A DNA stretch of 64,000 nucleotides from the NCBI GenBank assembly GCA_951406725.2, contig OX597835.1, positions 13,764,001-13,828,000 of the forward strand. Direction: 5' to 3'. Every line of letters starts with the position of its first letter. Positions within the stretch are counted from its first letter, which is position 1. A program made the translations under genes and the position numbers. Below, piece after piece: positions 1 through 14,022 of this stretch. The DNA is from Octopus vulgaris (lineage: Eukaryota). Under the pieces are notes generated by a model. The model saw only the letters and a program-made list of their open reading frames with translations. It was not told the DNA's origin and made no database searches.

Positions 1-930
1 CATACAGTCTGCCTTTTACTCTGAGCGAGAGGCCTTTTGTCACCAGCAGGGGTAAGAGCTCTCTAAACTTTGCCCAGGCTATTCTTACTCTAGCAGTTAC
101 ACTTATATATATATATATATATATACATATATATATAGAGAGAGAAAGAGAGAGAGGGTGAAAGGATTAATCTGAAGGTCTCTCATTGTGATGCACAATG
201 TCACTATACCAAAGGCCAAAGTATGCAGACTTTGAATGAGAAATATTTAAACAGCTGGTCACTGTCCAAGCAATTGCTTGTGAGATGCAGTTGCACAAGA
301 ATCACCTCTCCTTCCCTTTCTTTTTCTCTCTCTCCTTCACTTTCTCCTTCTCTCTCTACAGTCATTTTAAAAATCTGCTTTCCCCTCCCCTGTCCCTTTC
401 ACATATCACACAAGGTCGCATGTACTAATAGAAGGGAAAGGTCACACCAGTGCATATTTCCATTGTAACAAGTGTCGTATTGGACATGGTAGTCGGAGAG
501 AAGTTGTGGGTTATTCATATTCTCATGACCTACCTATCACACACACACACACGCACGCACGCACACACACACACACACATACAGGATCAGGTATTTCTAT
601 TTGTATCATTTCAACGACCACGTCTTCAGTCCCGACGAGAAGGCCAGCAACCTGGTCATTAAGCTGGGTTAGAACAGATTTCACAACCTTGCCTCTCGCA
701 GTCAAACAAAGAGACAAGAGACAGGTGAGTGTGAGCCTCACACTTCCACACGGATAATTAATATGAAACTAATTACTTTCTCGGAACACTGTGAAATTAG
801 TTTTACAAATATATATTACTTTGCATGCATACGCTTACATTAACATCATCATCATCGTCGTCATCATCATCGTCGTCGTCATCGTCATCGTCGTCATTGT
901 CACTGTTAGTAGCAATAACACTGCTGCTGT

Positions 931-1210
931 CATCATTATCAAGAAAAATCATCATTATCAAGAAAAATCATCATTATCAAGAAAAATCATCATTATCAAG
1001 AAAAATCATCATTATCAAGAAAAATCATCATTATCAAGAAAAATCATCATTATCAAGAAAAATCATCATTATCAAGAAAATCATCATTATCAAGAAAAAT
1101 CATCATTATCAAGAAAAATCATCATTATCAAGAAAAATCATCATTATCAAGAAAATCATCATTATCAAGAAAAATCATCATTATCTGTCATCATTATCAA
1201 GAAAAATCAT
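931..1210. repeat. 19-bp minisatellite (CATCATTATCAAGAAAAAT)n, ~14 copies
   Basis: Direct reading; a few 18-bp variants; embedded in (CAT)n. Confidence 0.95.
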
Positions 1211-1611
1211 CATCATCATCATCACCATTATCATCCTCATCATAAAACAGAATTGCAAAGTACAAATCTCAATCAACATCATCATCATCATCATCATCGT
1301 TTAGCGTCCGCTTTCCATGCTAGCATGGGTTGGACGGTTCGACCGGGGATCTGGGATGCCAGAAGGCTGCACCAGGCCCAGTCTGATCTGGCAATGTTTC
1401 TACGGCTGGATGCCCTTCCTAACGCCAACCACTCCATGAGTGTAGTGGGTGCTTTTTACGTACCACCGGCACAGGTGCCAGGCGAGGCTGGCAAACGGCC
1501 ACAATCGAATGGTGCTTTTTATGTGCCACCGGCACGGAGGCCAGGCAAGGCTGGCAAATGGCCATGATCGGATGGTGCATTTTACGTGCCACCGGCACGG
1601 AAGCCAGCCTG

Positions 1612-2010
1612 GTTTCTTATTTCTTTATTGCCCACAAGGGGCTACACACAGAGGGAACAAACAAGGTCAGACAAAGGGATTAAGTTGATTAGATTGACCC
1701 CAGTATGTAACTGGTACTTAATTTATCAATCCTGAAAGGATGAAAAGCAAAGTCGATCTCGGCGGGATTTGAACTCAGAACGTAAAGACAGACAAAATAC
1801 CTATTTCTTTTCTACCCACAAGGGGCTACACACAGAGAGGACAAACAAGGACAGACAAACGGATTAAGTCAATTATATCGACTCCAGTGCGTAACTGGTA
1901 CTTCCTTTATTGACCCCGATAAGATGAAAGGCAAAGTCGACCTCGGCGGAATTTGAACTCAGAATGTAACGACAGACAAAATACCTATTTCTTTACAACC
2001 CACAAGAGGC
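1612..2010 (-). mobile_element. SINE family B multimer
   Basis: Units joined at aaatac|ctatttc at 1800 and 1984. Confidence 0.8.
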
Positions 2011-3635
2011 TTACACCCTCCCAACAAATTTCAGGCCTTATGCCAATAGTAGAAATGATGATGATTATTATTATTATTATTATTATTATTATTGTTGTTG
2101 TTGTTGTTGTTGTGATAAGCTGGCAGAATTGAGAAAAGGACATAGCAGCATTTCCTCTATCTTTACATTCAGGGTTCAAATTCAAATGAGGTCAACTTTG
2201 CCTGTCATTCTTTTTCTTTCGGCGGGGGGGGGGGGGGTTCAATAAAATAAGTACTGGTTGAACACTGGGGTCAGTGTAATCAACTAGCTCCCTCCACACC
2301 CCAAAAAATCAGGCCTTGTGCCTATAGGAGAAAATAGTAGTAGTAATGGTGGTGGTAGTAGTGGTGGTGGCAGTGGTAGTGGTGTTGGTAGTAGTAGTAG
2401 TAGTAGTAGTAGTCATTGCCCTCATCTTCATCCTGTTAGTAGTAGTCATTCTTTAAAACAAATAGCAGTCACAAAGTTAAAACACAAACTTCTTAAGCCA
2501 ACACACACGCACACACACCAACCACACACACACACACCAACCACACACACACACACCAACCGCACCCCCACCTCCCCCTCCTCAATGTCTCAGAAGCAAC
2601 AGAAATCTGATTGCTCAAAGGTGTGTTTACAACAAGAGAGACGTTCTCTTTTTTCAAGATTAGAACTGCGCACATCCTGGATGTTGGTGCCACAAACAAG
2701 ACTACCAAAAGAACACACACACACCACATCCTACACATGCACACACACCACACCACACTCACACCCTCACATGACAATCCACATAAAAAAAAAAACAAGA
2801 AAAAAAAACAAAAAAAGAGCAAAACCAGACTGTCTCTGGTGTTTGTTGAGCAGATCAGAACTTCGTTTCCCAAGTCGTGAGTAAATAGAATAATTAGTAA
2901 AACAATATGGTTTTGTGCGGTTGTTGTCGTCTTCCTCTCAGAAACTGGAAGGTAACCAAGAATGCAACACAAAGCATACTTGATGCTCTCAAGTACACAC
3001 GCACACACACAAAGCTGTTGGCCAGATGCCCATTTATTAAACAAGATGAAACAAAACAAATATAGTTCTGGCTTACAATTTTGTGACATATTAACCCGTT
3101 TCTTGCCACATTTCTGCGAAAATACACTGCATAGGTTTCAATTCATTTTGAAACTAAGGAAAAATTTATAAAATGACTTTGTCGTTCGTTATTAACCCGG
3201 TGTTCGTTATAAGGTTTCAATTTACATATTTTAAACCCTTTTGTTACCATATTTCTGGTAAGATGCACTGACTTTGTTTCAATTAATTTTTAAAATAAAG
3301 AATTTACTAAAATATTGTTGTATTTAGGAATGGTCATTTTGCCAGTTTAGCCAATAAAAACACATGCACTATATATTTGGTGTTACTTTGCTTCAGCGTT
3401 ATTTTATTTTTTTTTACATTAATCTTATTCTGTTTCAACAAACGATTTCACATCAAAAATCTTGCAAAACAAATATATTTACTAAAATAACTTTAGTCGT
3501 TATTAAGCTGGTGTTTGTTATAAGGTTTCAATTTACATTATTTAAACCCTTTTGTTACCTTATTTCTGTAAAGATACACTGACTTTCAATTAATTTCTAA
3601 AATAAAGAATTTACCAAAATAACTTTCATTATTAA

Positions 3636-3856
3636 CCCTTTAGTGTTCAGATTTCTCTGTTAAATATAATATTTTTTTTATTCAAATTGTTTTGAATTAA
3701 TCAAGCATTATCTTATAGCTTTGAGGTTTCAATGATGTGATTGTTTATTTTTAGAATGGCATTGTAGGTTAGGTGTGAAAGGCTAGATATTGCCAGTTTG
3801 AATATACAACATTTAGAATATTTGGGCCGGATTTGGCCGGTTTAAACACTAAAGGG
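3636..3856. mobile_element. piggyBac-type MITE (TTAA target)
   Basis: TTAA|CCCTTTAGTGTT ... AACACTAAAGGG|TTAA. Confidence 0.8.
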
Positions 3857-4280
3857 TTAAGCTGGTTGGTGTTGGTTAAGGTAAAAAGACTCCCTTCAGT
3901 TATGAATGTCCGTGGGATGCACCTAGAAAGTTCCCCTCCAAGGCACAAGTCCAGGCAAGGTTGTTTATGGAAGACCAGCAGTCGCCCATATGTACCAGCC
4001 TCTCTTCTCCATGCTACCGATGTTGTCCAAGGGAAAGGCAAAGGGGCTGATACAGCTTGGCACCAACGACATCACAACTCATTTCTACAGCTGAGTGAAC
4101 TGGAACAACATGAAATAAAGCGTCTTGCTCGAGAACACAACACGCAACCCAGTCCAGGAATTGAACTCACTATCTCGTGATTGTGAGCGCAATGCTCACT
4201 GAGCCATGCACCTGGTAAGGTTTGAATTTACATTATTTAAACCCTTTTGTTAGCATATTTCTGTCAAGATACACTGCCAT

Positions 4281-4699
4281 CTCTCTCTCTTTTTACTCTC
4301 TTTTACTTGTTTCAGTCATTTGACTGCGGCCATGCTGGAGCACCGCCTTTAATCGAGCAACTCGACCCCGGGACTTATTCTTTTGTAAGCCCAGTACTTA
4401 TTCTATTGGTCTCTTTTACCGAACCGCTAAGTGACGGGGACATAAACACACCAGCATCGGTTGTCAAGCAATGCTAGGAAGACAAACACAGACACAAACA
4501 CACACACGCATATATATATATATATATACATATATACGACGGGCTTCTTTCAGTTTCCGTCTACCAAATCCACTCACAAGGCTTTGGTCGGCCTGAGGCT
4601 ATAGTAGAAGACACTTGCCCAAGGTGCCACGCAGTGGGACTGAACCCGGAACCATGTGGTTGGTAAACAAACTACCTACCACACAGCCACTCCTGCGCC
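4281..4699 (-). mobile_element. tRNA-derived SINE family A (CORE-like domain, internal TA/TG microsatellite, AAAAGAGT tail)
   Basis: Head GGCGCAGGAGTGGCTGTGTGGT...GGTTCAGTCCC (A/B boxes), then ACCTTGGGCAAGTG; at least 14 copies in the window. Confidence 0.85.
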
Positions 4700-4939
4700 T
4701 ATTTTCAATTAATTTTGAAAATAATAAAAAATTCACCAAAATAACTTAGTCATTACTTAGCTAGTGATTAGAACATAAATTAACATGAAAAGATTTTCAT
4801 AAAAAGATTTAAGTGAAATCACTTTAAAACAAGGAATTTGTGCCATAGAATGCAAAGCAGGGTCGGCCAAGGTTGGTATTAAACAGGTTAAACAAATTTC
4901 ACCACTAAATCCACAAGTTTTTTCTTTTTTTTAATTCTC

Positions 4940-5353
4940 TCTCTCTTTATTTTCTCTTACTCTCTTTACTCTTTTACTTGTTTCAGTCATTTGACTGTGA
5001 ACATGCTGGAGCACTGCCTTTAGTCAAGCAAATCGACCCCAGGACTTATTCTTTGTAAGCCTAGTACTTATTCTATTGGTCTCTTTCGCTGAACCGCTAA
5101 GTTATGGGGACGTAAACATACCAGCATCAGTTATCAAGTGATGTTGGGGGAACAAACACAAACACACACACACACACACATACATATATATGATGGGCTT
5201 CTTTCAGTTTCCATCTACCAAATCCACTCACAAGGCTTTGGTCGGCCCGAGGCTATAGTAGAAGACACTTGCCCAAAGTGCCACGCAGTGGGACTGAACC
5301 CGGAACCATGTGGTTGGTAAGCAAGCTCCTTACCACACAGCCTCTCCTGCACC
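4940..5353 (-). mobile_element. SINE family A
   Basis: Collinear with 4281-4699. Confidence 0.85.
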
Positions 5354-5360
5354 TATTACT

Positions 5361-5482
5361 TTCTGTTGAAGAGCATAGACTCAAAACGTAAAAGTCTTTC
5401 TCACATTCCCGAGCACCAAACTAATACACTTGCTTGTTGTTCATACACCTGTCGTCATCTTTTGTTTCTCTATAAATTTCAA
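5361..5482 (+). mobile_element. Penelope-like element terminal-repeat fragment with minimal hammerhead-like motif
   Basis: CTGTTGAAGAGCATAGACTCAAAACG; homologous to the minus-strand copy at 56580-56775. Confidence 0.5.
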
Positions 5483-6079
5483 CTTAAACAAATTTACTCA
5501 GGCTTGAAAATTAATAAAAATGGAAAAACCGAAAAATAAATCAAGAAGAACAGATGTCTTTATCTATTTGAATGGTGCCATTATAAAAGCAAACAGGAAT
5601 TTTGAATTGTTGTGTTGCCATTTTCTTTCTTTCTTTCAGTTCTTCCATTCTTACTAAAGGTGGAACACCTCCACAGCCGCCATCATCATCATACACCCAT
5701 CCTCTGGCAAGAACCATGTGAGTGGTGGCAAGGAGTGGGGTGTAACAGAAGGCAAATATATAATCTATGACTTGTTTAGATTCTTGAAATATTTCTCTAT
5801 TTGGCGATTGTGAGATTGTTTTTCACCAGGAATATAGAAAGATATCAAGGTTTGGTATTTTGTCTGCCATTGCGTTCAGAGTTCAAATTCCCCCAAGGTT
5901 GACTTTGCCTTTCATCCTTTTGGGGTCAATAAATTAAGTACCAGTTACACACTGGGGTCGATCTAATCGACTTAATCCCTTTGTCTATCCTTGTTTGTCC
6001 CCTCTATGTTTAGCCCCTTGTGGACAATAAAGAAATAAGAAAGGGAGGCAGCTGTATGAGAGGGGTTGAGGGACCAATG

Positions 6080-6476
6080 ACTTGGCAGACACCCATAAAA
6101 TTATCAACCATCTTACAAACAATAACTCTGAACACCTTTTCAAACTCCACCCGTCTAACACCCGTGGACATATTTACAAAGTCAGAAAACAGCACAGCTC
6201 CCATGACTTTAGGAAACATTTCTTCACGCTGAGAGTTGCTGAAGCATGGAACAAACTGCCGGCATCAGTTGTTAGTTGTCGGAGCATTGCATCCTTCAAA
6301 ACTTCCATGCTTTCTGAGATTCGCCAACACTACACCTCATTTCCTCCCCTCCATACACACACAAGCATGTATCTGACTCATACATTGTTCACTTTCCAGA
6401 CTTTATACGCACTTTCTGACAAGTTGTGGTGCACCTGAGCACTGTATACAATAATTTCATTATTATTATTATTATT
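6080..6476 (+). mobile_element. CR1-clade LINE 3' fragment (ORF2 C-terminus, 3'UTR, (ATT)n tail)
   Basis: NTRGHIYKVRKQHSSHDFRKHFFTLRVAEAWNKLPASVV...SIASFK is the typical CR1 ORF2 end; (ATT)n tail at ~6458-6476. Confidence 0.85.
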
Positions 6477-7405
6477 TATATGACTGTTAAGAATTTTCCA
6501 GTGGCAGTGACATAAAAGGGTGGAAGTATCTCATTATCTCACAGAGTTGAGTGTAAGTCTACATGTAGGGTGAGCAGCCAGCGAACAACTCTTTCTATCC
6601 AGGGGAACATTCCTCTCGCATCCCATTAATAACACAGAAACTATGAAACTAGAGGAAAGCTTACAGGCTCACTGGATTATTTAAAACAAGCGGGGGAGGT
6701 ATGAGACCCAGGATAGACTTTAATATAGTGCAGTCAATATAACCGACTACACCACTTCCTCTGATGGAAAACAAAAGAAAAACACAAATTAAAGTTTGAA
6801 ACTAGTTAAAAGAAAATCAATATTACTCTCTCCTTTCTCTCTCTCTCTTCTTCTTCTCTCCCCATCTCTCTCTCTCTTCTTCTTCTCTCCCCATCTCTCT
6901 CTCTCTCTCTTTCTCTCTCTCTACACTTCTCTCTCTAAAGCTTAAGTTTATAAAGTATTTAGAAAATAGCACCAACAGAATTGGTTTCTTAACTAAAGTA
7001 CCAAGCTGAACTTCCAACAACAATAACAAATTCAATGTGCAACACAAGATAGTAGCCACAACATCAATTAAAATAATATAAACACACACACACACACAAA
7101 CACACACGAAAAAGAACAACTAAATAATATCATTTTCTTCCTTCCATTCTCTCCATAAAACAAATAAAATTACGGCTGATGAAGATCAAACAGAAATGGT
7201 TTAATCAAGCCAGTCATAATAAATATACATATTACAACGGTGGTAGTGGTGGTGGTGGTGGTAGTGGTGGTGGTTGCGGTAGTAGTAATAACAGCAGCAG
7301 CAGCAGCAGATGTAACAACAACAAAGAGGCTGACTACAGTTATTCAACACACCACTCGTCACTCCTTATCCTGAAGTGTTATATATATGTTTGTGTGTTT
7401 GTGTG

Positions 7406-8080
<675 letters not shown>

Positions 8081-8254
8081 ATCTTACACAAACACTAAAT
8101 TAGTCACCTTAACAAATCATTTATACATAATGGTGATATGTATACACCATATGACCACAATATAATATAAATTGGTGTTTGCTATACACACATGCAATTA
8201 GGACATAATATCGATTTTTTTTTTCCTGATGCTCTAACGATTCTGCTAATCCAC

Positions 8255-8291
<37 letters not shown>

Positions 8292-8565
8292 TCTACTAAA
8301 AGAACAAGGATTGAAATTCTGGGGGAGGGGACTAGTTGATTGCATCGACCCCAGTACTCAACTGGTACTTTATTTATCAACACCAAAAGGACGAAAGGCA
8401 AAGGTGACCTCAGAGGAATTTGAACTCAGAATGTAAAAACAGATGAAATACTGAAGCATTTTCCATTCAGTGTGCTAACAATTATCATGAAAGCTTTACG
8501 ATAATAATAATAATAATAATTATAATGATGATGATGATCATAATAATAATAATAATAATAATAAT

Positions 8566-8890
8566 AGAAATGGAGAAACTTCCAAAATACAAAGTCCTTG
8601 AAATAGAGGTAACTCGAATGTGAAGTCTAAAAACAGAAACAATTCCTATCATAGTAGACGCATTAGGTATGATAAAGAAATATTCAGACAAATACATAAC
8701 AAAAACACCTGGACTTACAAACACATATAACATACAGAAAATTGCACTACCGGGCACTGCACCCATCCTACGCAAAACACTTTCAATACAGTAACCATAA
8801 GAGCATCACAGCATCACAGCACATACCCAAGGCACACAGAGCTGTGCTCGGTAGTGAAGTGAAAGCACACTATAAAAATAAAACTACTGA
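8566..8890 (+). mobile_element. R4/Dong-like RLE non-LTR retrotransposon 3' fragment within (TAA)n
   Basis: EKLPKYKVLEIEVTRM*SLKTETIPIIVDALGMIKK...IQKIALPGTAPILRKTL; (TAA)n on both sides. Confidence 0.75.
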
Positions 8891-9675
8891 ATAATAATAA
8901 TAATAATAATAATCCTTTCTACTACAGGCACAAAGCCTGAAATTTTGGGGGAGGAGATAAGTTGATTACATTGACCCAAGTGTATCACTGGTACTTATTT
9001 CATCAACTCCAGAAGGATGAAAGACAAAGTCAACCTCTGCAGAATTTGAACTTAGAACCCGAAGACAGGTGAAATGCCATTATGCATTTTGCCTGAGGTG
9101 CTAACGATTCTGCCAGCTCCCTACCTTAATAATAACAATAGCAATAACAAAGATAAAAATTATTCTAATTCTTTCTACTACAAGCAGAAGGCCTGAAATT
9201 TGTGGGGAAGGGACTAGTTGATTACATTGACCCCAGTGTTTCACTGGTACTTAATTTATCGACTCCCAAAAAGATGAATGGCAAAGTTGACCTCGGCGGA
9301 ATTTGAACTCAGAACATAGCAGCAGACAAAATGCCACTAAGCAGTTCACCCAGCGTGCTAACAATTCTGCCAGCCCACCGCCTTAATAATAATTATTTCA
9401 AATGTTTACCACAAACCTTATTCAGGGACCTTTTGAGCAGGATAGGCTACTCGACCTGAAGAAAATTTTAACTGGGCCCCATCTGCAAGGCCATGTGCTG
9501 TTTATTTTGACATGAAGTCACCATGTCATGCACATATGGTTGTGATGCATGTGCCTGGTGGACCCTTATTAGACGGGTAGTCATGATGGGTATATTGTAC
9601 CCCAGTGTCCCTTTGGTGGTATGTGCTAACAGTTCTGAGATAAGGGGATTAGTCAATACTGCCAAACCTGGTATG

Positions 9676-10087
9676 AGATTGGCAGAAACGTTAGCACGCC
9701 GAGCAAAATGCTTAGCAGTATTTCGTCTGCCGCTACGTTCTGAGTTCAAATTCCGCCGAGGTCGACTTTGCCTTTCATCCTTTCGGGGTCGATTAAATAA
9801 GTACCAGTTACACACTGGGGTCGATATAATCGACTTAATCCGTTTGTCTGTCCTTGTTTGTCCTCTCTGTGTTTAGCCCCTTGTGGGTAGTAAAGAAATA
9901 GGTATTTCATCTGCCGCTACGTTCTGAGTTCAAATTCCGTCGAGGTCGACTTTGCCTTTCATCCTTTCAGGGTCGATTAAATAAGTACCGGTTACGCACT
10001 GGGGTCGATGTAATCGACTTAATCCGTTTGTCTGTCCTTGTTTGTCCTCTGTGTGTTTAGCCTCTTGTGGGTAGTAAAGAAATAGGT
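9676..10087 (+). mobile_element. SINE family B dimer
   Basis: Two units joined at AAAGAAATAG|GTATTTC (~9901). Confidence 0.85.
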
Positions 10088-11642
10088 ATGAGATTGGTAC
10101 TTCATTTTATAGACTCTGGAAAGATGAAAGGCAAACAGGTTTGAACTCAGAAGGTTAGAAAACCAGAACAAATACCACAAGGCACTTTCTCAATGATTCT
10201 AACGATTCTGGCGTTTCACAAGCTTCTGATCTACCTGTACGTCCGATAATGTAAAAGCATAAAGTCAGTTAAGTAGACAGGTAGATTGTCTGTAATATTA
10301 TAATGCAGTGCAAAATGCAACATGTCTGTCTAGATTGAGTGAAACAAAAGGAAACATCAAAGGCAGACACCCGGGTTATTAAAACTGGTTCAATACTAAA
10401 TATAGAATGAACAGAGTGAAAAAAAAGAAAAACAAAAAAAAAAAAACTTCCATTCATTCATCTTTGACAAATAAAGTACAAATTATGCCAGAATCTATTG
10501 AAAATTTGCAACTCATGATTTGTTGTTGTTGATGTTGTTGTTTTTGAAATGGTAGGCTATTTACCTGTATAGGTTAGTGTCTGTTTGGGTATTGATAAAG
10601 AGGTCAGATAATGATTTTCAGAAACCAACAAAAAAAATAAAATAATAAAAACATTTAAAAGACAAACATGCATAAATAAATAGTTTCGTACGGGAGAAGT
10701 TTAGGAGAAATCTGAGTCAATAAGAAATTCAATGATGAATCTGAGTTTTGGAGCGAGGGGTCTTTCTTTCTTTTTTTTTTTTTTTTTTTTTAAGCATTTG
10801 GCATTCTGCTTATTTTTTTTGTTTTTTGAAAAAAAAAACCCCAAAAAAAAACCACATATTGTTTTTTTCTTCTCTGATTTATTGAGACAGAGAAAAGAAA
10901 ACCAAAAACAGTACTAACAAATTAGTAGACTTAGAAGAGATTGCATGGTTTTGTTTGTTCGTTTGTTGCTGTTCTGTTCTTTCACCGGAAGAACAAATAA
11001 ACTTGAGCCAAATTATACAAGTTCTGAGTAAGATCAACTTATTGATCTTGTTTTCCTTTCTTTGGTGTGTGTGTGGGGGGAGGAAGGGGTGGAGAGGAGT
11101 TAGGGTTTTAAAAACAGTAAGCATTAGTCACGGAAAAAAAAAACAAAAAAAACTAAAGCAACTAAAGCAAGCCCCTCTCGATGATTCACCTGTAAAGGTG
11201 TGACATCATTGAAATATTCTGCATTATGACTGTCGGTAAATGAATACCAATAATGAGGAAGGTGATGGAAATGGCATGGGTGGAAACAGGGTATGAGGTG
11301 TACCTACTCCTCAGTTTCCGGGTTGTTCTGTACATTCAATGTCTTTGAATGCTAATGTTTATTATTAGACAATTCCTGTCAATGTTTCTATCAATAAACT
11401 AAATATTTCTCTCTTATCTTGTACTTGTTTCAGTCATTTGACTGCAGCCATGCTGGAGCACCATTTTTAGTCACAGGCATGGCTGTGTGGTAAGAAGCTT
11501 GCTTCCCAACCATATGGTTCTGGGTTCAGTCCCACTGCATGCCACCTTGGGCAAGCATCTACTATAGGCTCAGGCCAACCAAAGCCTTGTGAGAGAAACT
11601 GGTAGGTAGAAACTGAAATAAGCCTGTTGTATATATACATAC

Positions 11643-11675
<33 letters not shown>

Positions 11676-12679
11676 TGTATGCATGCATGTATATATCTAT
11701 GTGTGTGTGTGTGTATGTCTTTGTATCTGTATTTGACCCCATCACTGCTTGACTAGTGCTGGTGTGTTTATGTCCCCATAACTTAGCGGTTCAGCAAAAG
11801 AGAGCAACTGAATAAGTACTAGGCTTAAAAGGAAAAATGATAAACACACACACATACATACACACATATGTAGATATAAATGACAGGCTTCTTTCAGTTT
11901 CCACCTACCAAATCCACTCACAAGGCTTTGGTTGGCCTGAGGCTAAAGTGAAAGACACTTGCCCAAGATACTATATGCAGTGGGACTGAACCTGGAACCA
12001 TGTGGTTGGAAAGTAAACTTCTTACCACACAGCCACACCTGCTCCTATTCAGAAACATTTAGAATAATTATTCGATTTTAATTGTACATGGTACAGGTAT
12101 AGCTGCGTGGTTAAGTAGTTTGTTTTGCAATCAGGTATTTTCAGGTTCAATTCTAATGCAATGCCCCTTGGGCAAATGTCTGTTTATTTCTCTAACCAAG
12201 GATGACCAACACCAAGTGAGTGATTTTGGTTGATGGAAACTGAAAAGAAGCCAGCTTTTTGTTGTGTGTGTGTACATGCATGTGTGTGTGCATGTGTATG
12301 TGCATGTGTGTGTATGTGTACATGTGTGTGCATGTGTGTGTGTAGGTTTGAGGCCTTATCTTGGACATCTCATGCTATTACTTATAAATGAGATTGACCG
12401 TCACGTGTGAGCTGTGATGCTTCTTTACAAAACACCTGTCTGGAAATATGTCTGTACTTGAAGAAAATATAACAATGCTTGAAAACAAGCGAGGGTTAAT
12501 GACCTGAAGGGCATCCACCCATAAAAAAAAAAAAAATCAGCCGCAAGAATTCTTGTCCAACCCAGACAGACATATGAAAAAATTATACATTATAACAATG
12601 ACGATGATGATGATGTTTGCATATTTTATTCAGGTCTTGCAAGCAAAACAGATATTATAGATTAATTTCTATTCTTTTA

Positions 12680-13072
12680 TTCTCTTATTCTCTTATTTGT
12701 TTGTCATTTGACTGTGCCCATGCTGGAGCACCGCCTTTAGTTGAGCAAATCGACCCCCAGGACTTATTCTTTGTAAGCCTAGTACTTATTCTATCAGTCT
12801 CTCTTGCCGAACCGCTAAGTGACGGGGACGTAAACACACCAGCATCGGTTGTCAAGCGATGTTGGAGGGATAAACACAGACACACAAACACACACACACA
12901 CACACACATATATACGACGGGCTTCTTTCAGTTTCCATCTACCAAGTTCACTCACAAGGCTTTGGTTGGCCCGAGGCTATAGTAGAAGACACTTGCCCAA
13001 GGTGCCACGCAGTGAGACTGAACCCGGAACCCATGTGGTTGGTAAGCAAGCTACTTACCACACAGCCACTCC
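12680..13072 (-). mobile_element. SINE family A
   Basis: Collinear with the other family A copies. Confidence 0.85.
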
Positions 13073-13802
13073 TTCTAGGATACTTATGCTGCAAAAGTGG
13101 TGGGGTATTCTGGTTGGACCACTAGAAAATTAGTGGGCGGCAGTGATTATTAGATGGCTTTGTGAAACCTGCTGAAAAGGCTGAGCATGGCTGCGTTCCT
13201 GGCTTGTGGCTCCCGTACTCCCATTCATTGGGAAGAAAGGAAAGGAAGGCATGTTATTTCTATTCATTGTTATCGTAACATAAAATGGCTTCGCAAGTAC
13301 TTGGCATAATTCGGTGTTGGATATTCAAATACCAAATTTGCTGTTTAGTAAATAGCTGCATGCGTTTGATTACGGGTCAATGCCAAAAAGAGCATAAATT
13401 AATATTAAAGAATTAATTACAATAGTGCTAGAACAACCAGGTCAAAACCTTGCCAAAACTTGATGCATGCATCAATGAGTTTAATGGGCAGAACAGTAGT
13501 CATGAGGCTGGCATTGCTTCGATGTTCAGCACCTTTTTTTTTTTTCAACCTTCATGCCTTAATCTAAAAGTTGTTATCCCGTATATCTTCCTTAAAATTA
13601 CAGTGACATCACTGACTCAGAGTTCTCCTCGCAATCAAATCATTTCCATCCTAGAAATTCTGCATCATCACTTTACATTGTGAAAGAGACAGAGCGCTGA
13701 GTTGGGGAAGGTTTGCACAAACTGGTTGTTAAATCTTATTTTCATATAAAAACCTGGTTTCCTTCAACAGCAAAAAAACATGCTATCATTGCCATCCTTT
13801 AA

Positions 13803-14022
13803 CTCTTTAGCATTTAAACCAGCTATATCCAGCCAAAATATGCCTCCTGTTTTTATGTTCAAACTGGCCTGATCTAACCTCTCACATCAACCCTACAGTG
13901 CCATTCTAAAAATAGACAATACCATCATCAAAATCTCAAAACTATGAGCAATGCATGATTAATTCAAAACAACATGAATAAATAGGCTTTAGATTTGGCA
14001 GAGTAATTTGAATGCTAAAGGG
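13803..14022. mobile_element. piggyBac-type MITE, same family, opposite orientation
   Basis: TTAA|CTCTTTAGCATT ... AATGCTAAAGGG|TTAA; interior is the reverse complement of 3636-3856. Confidence 0.75.

Noticed and set aside
791-1567. 258-aa ORF
   Set aside because: Built from (CAT)n, a 19-bp minisatellite and a retroelement
1441-1610. CRISPR-like repeat-spacer pattern in family C subunits
   Set aside because: The spacers are homologous to each other, the arrays are part of a dispersed eukaryotic retroelement, and there are no cas genes
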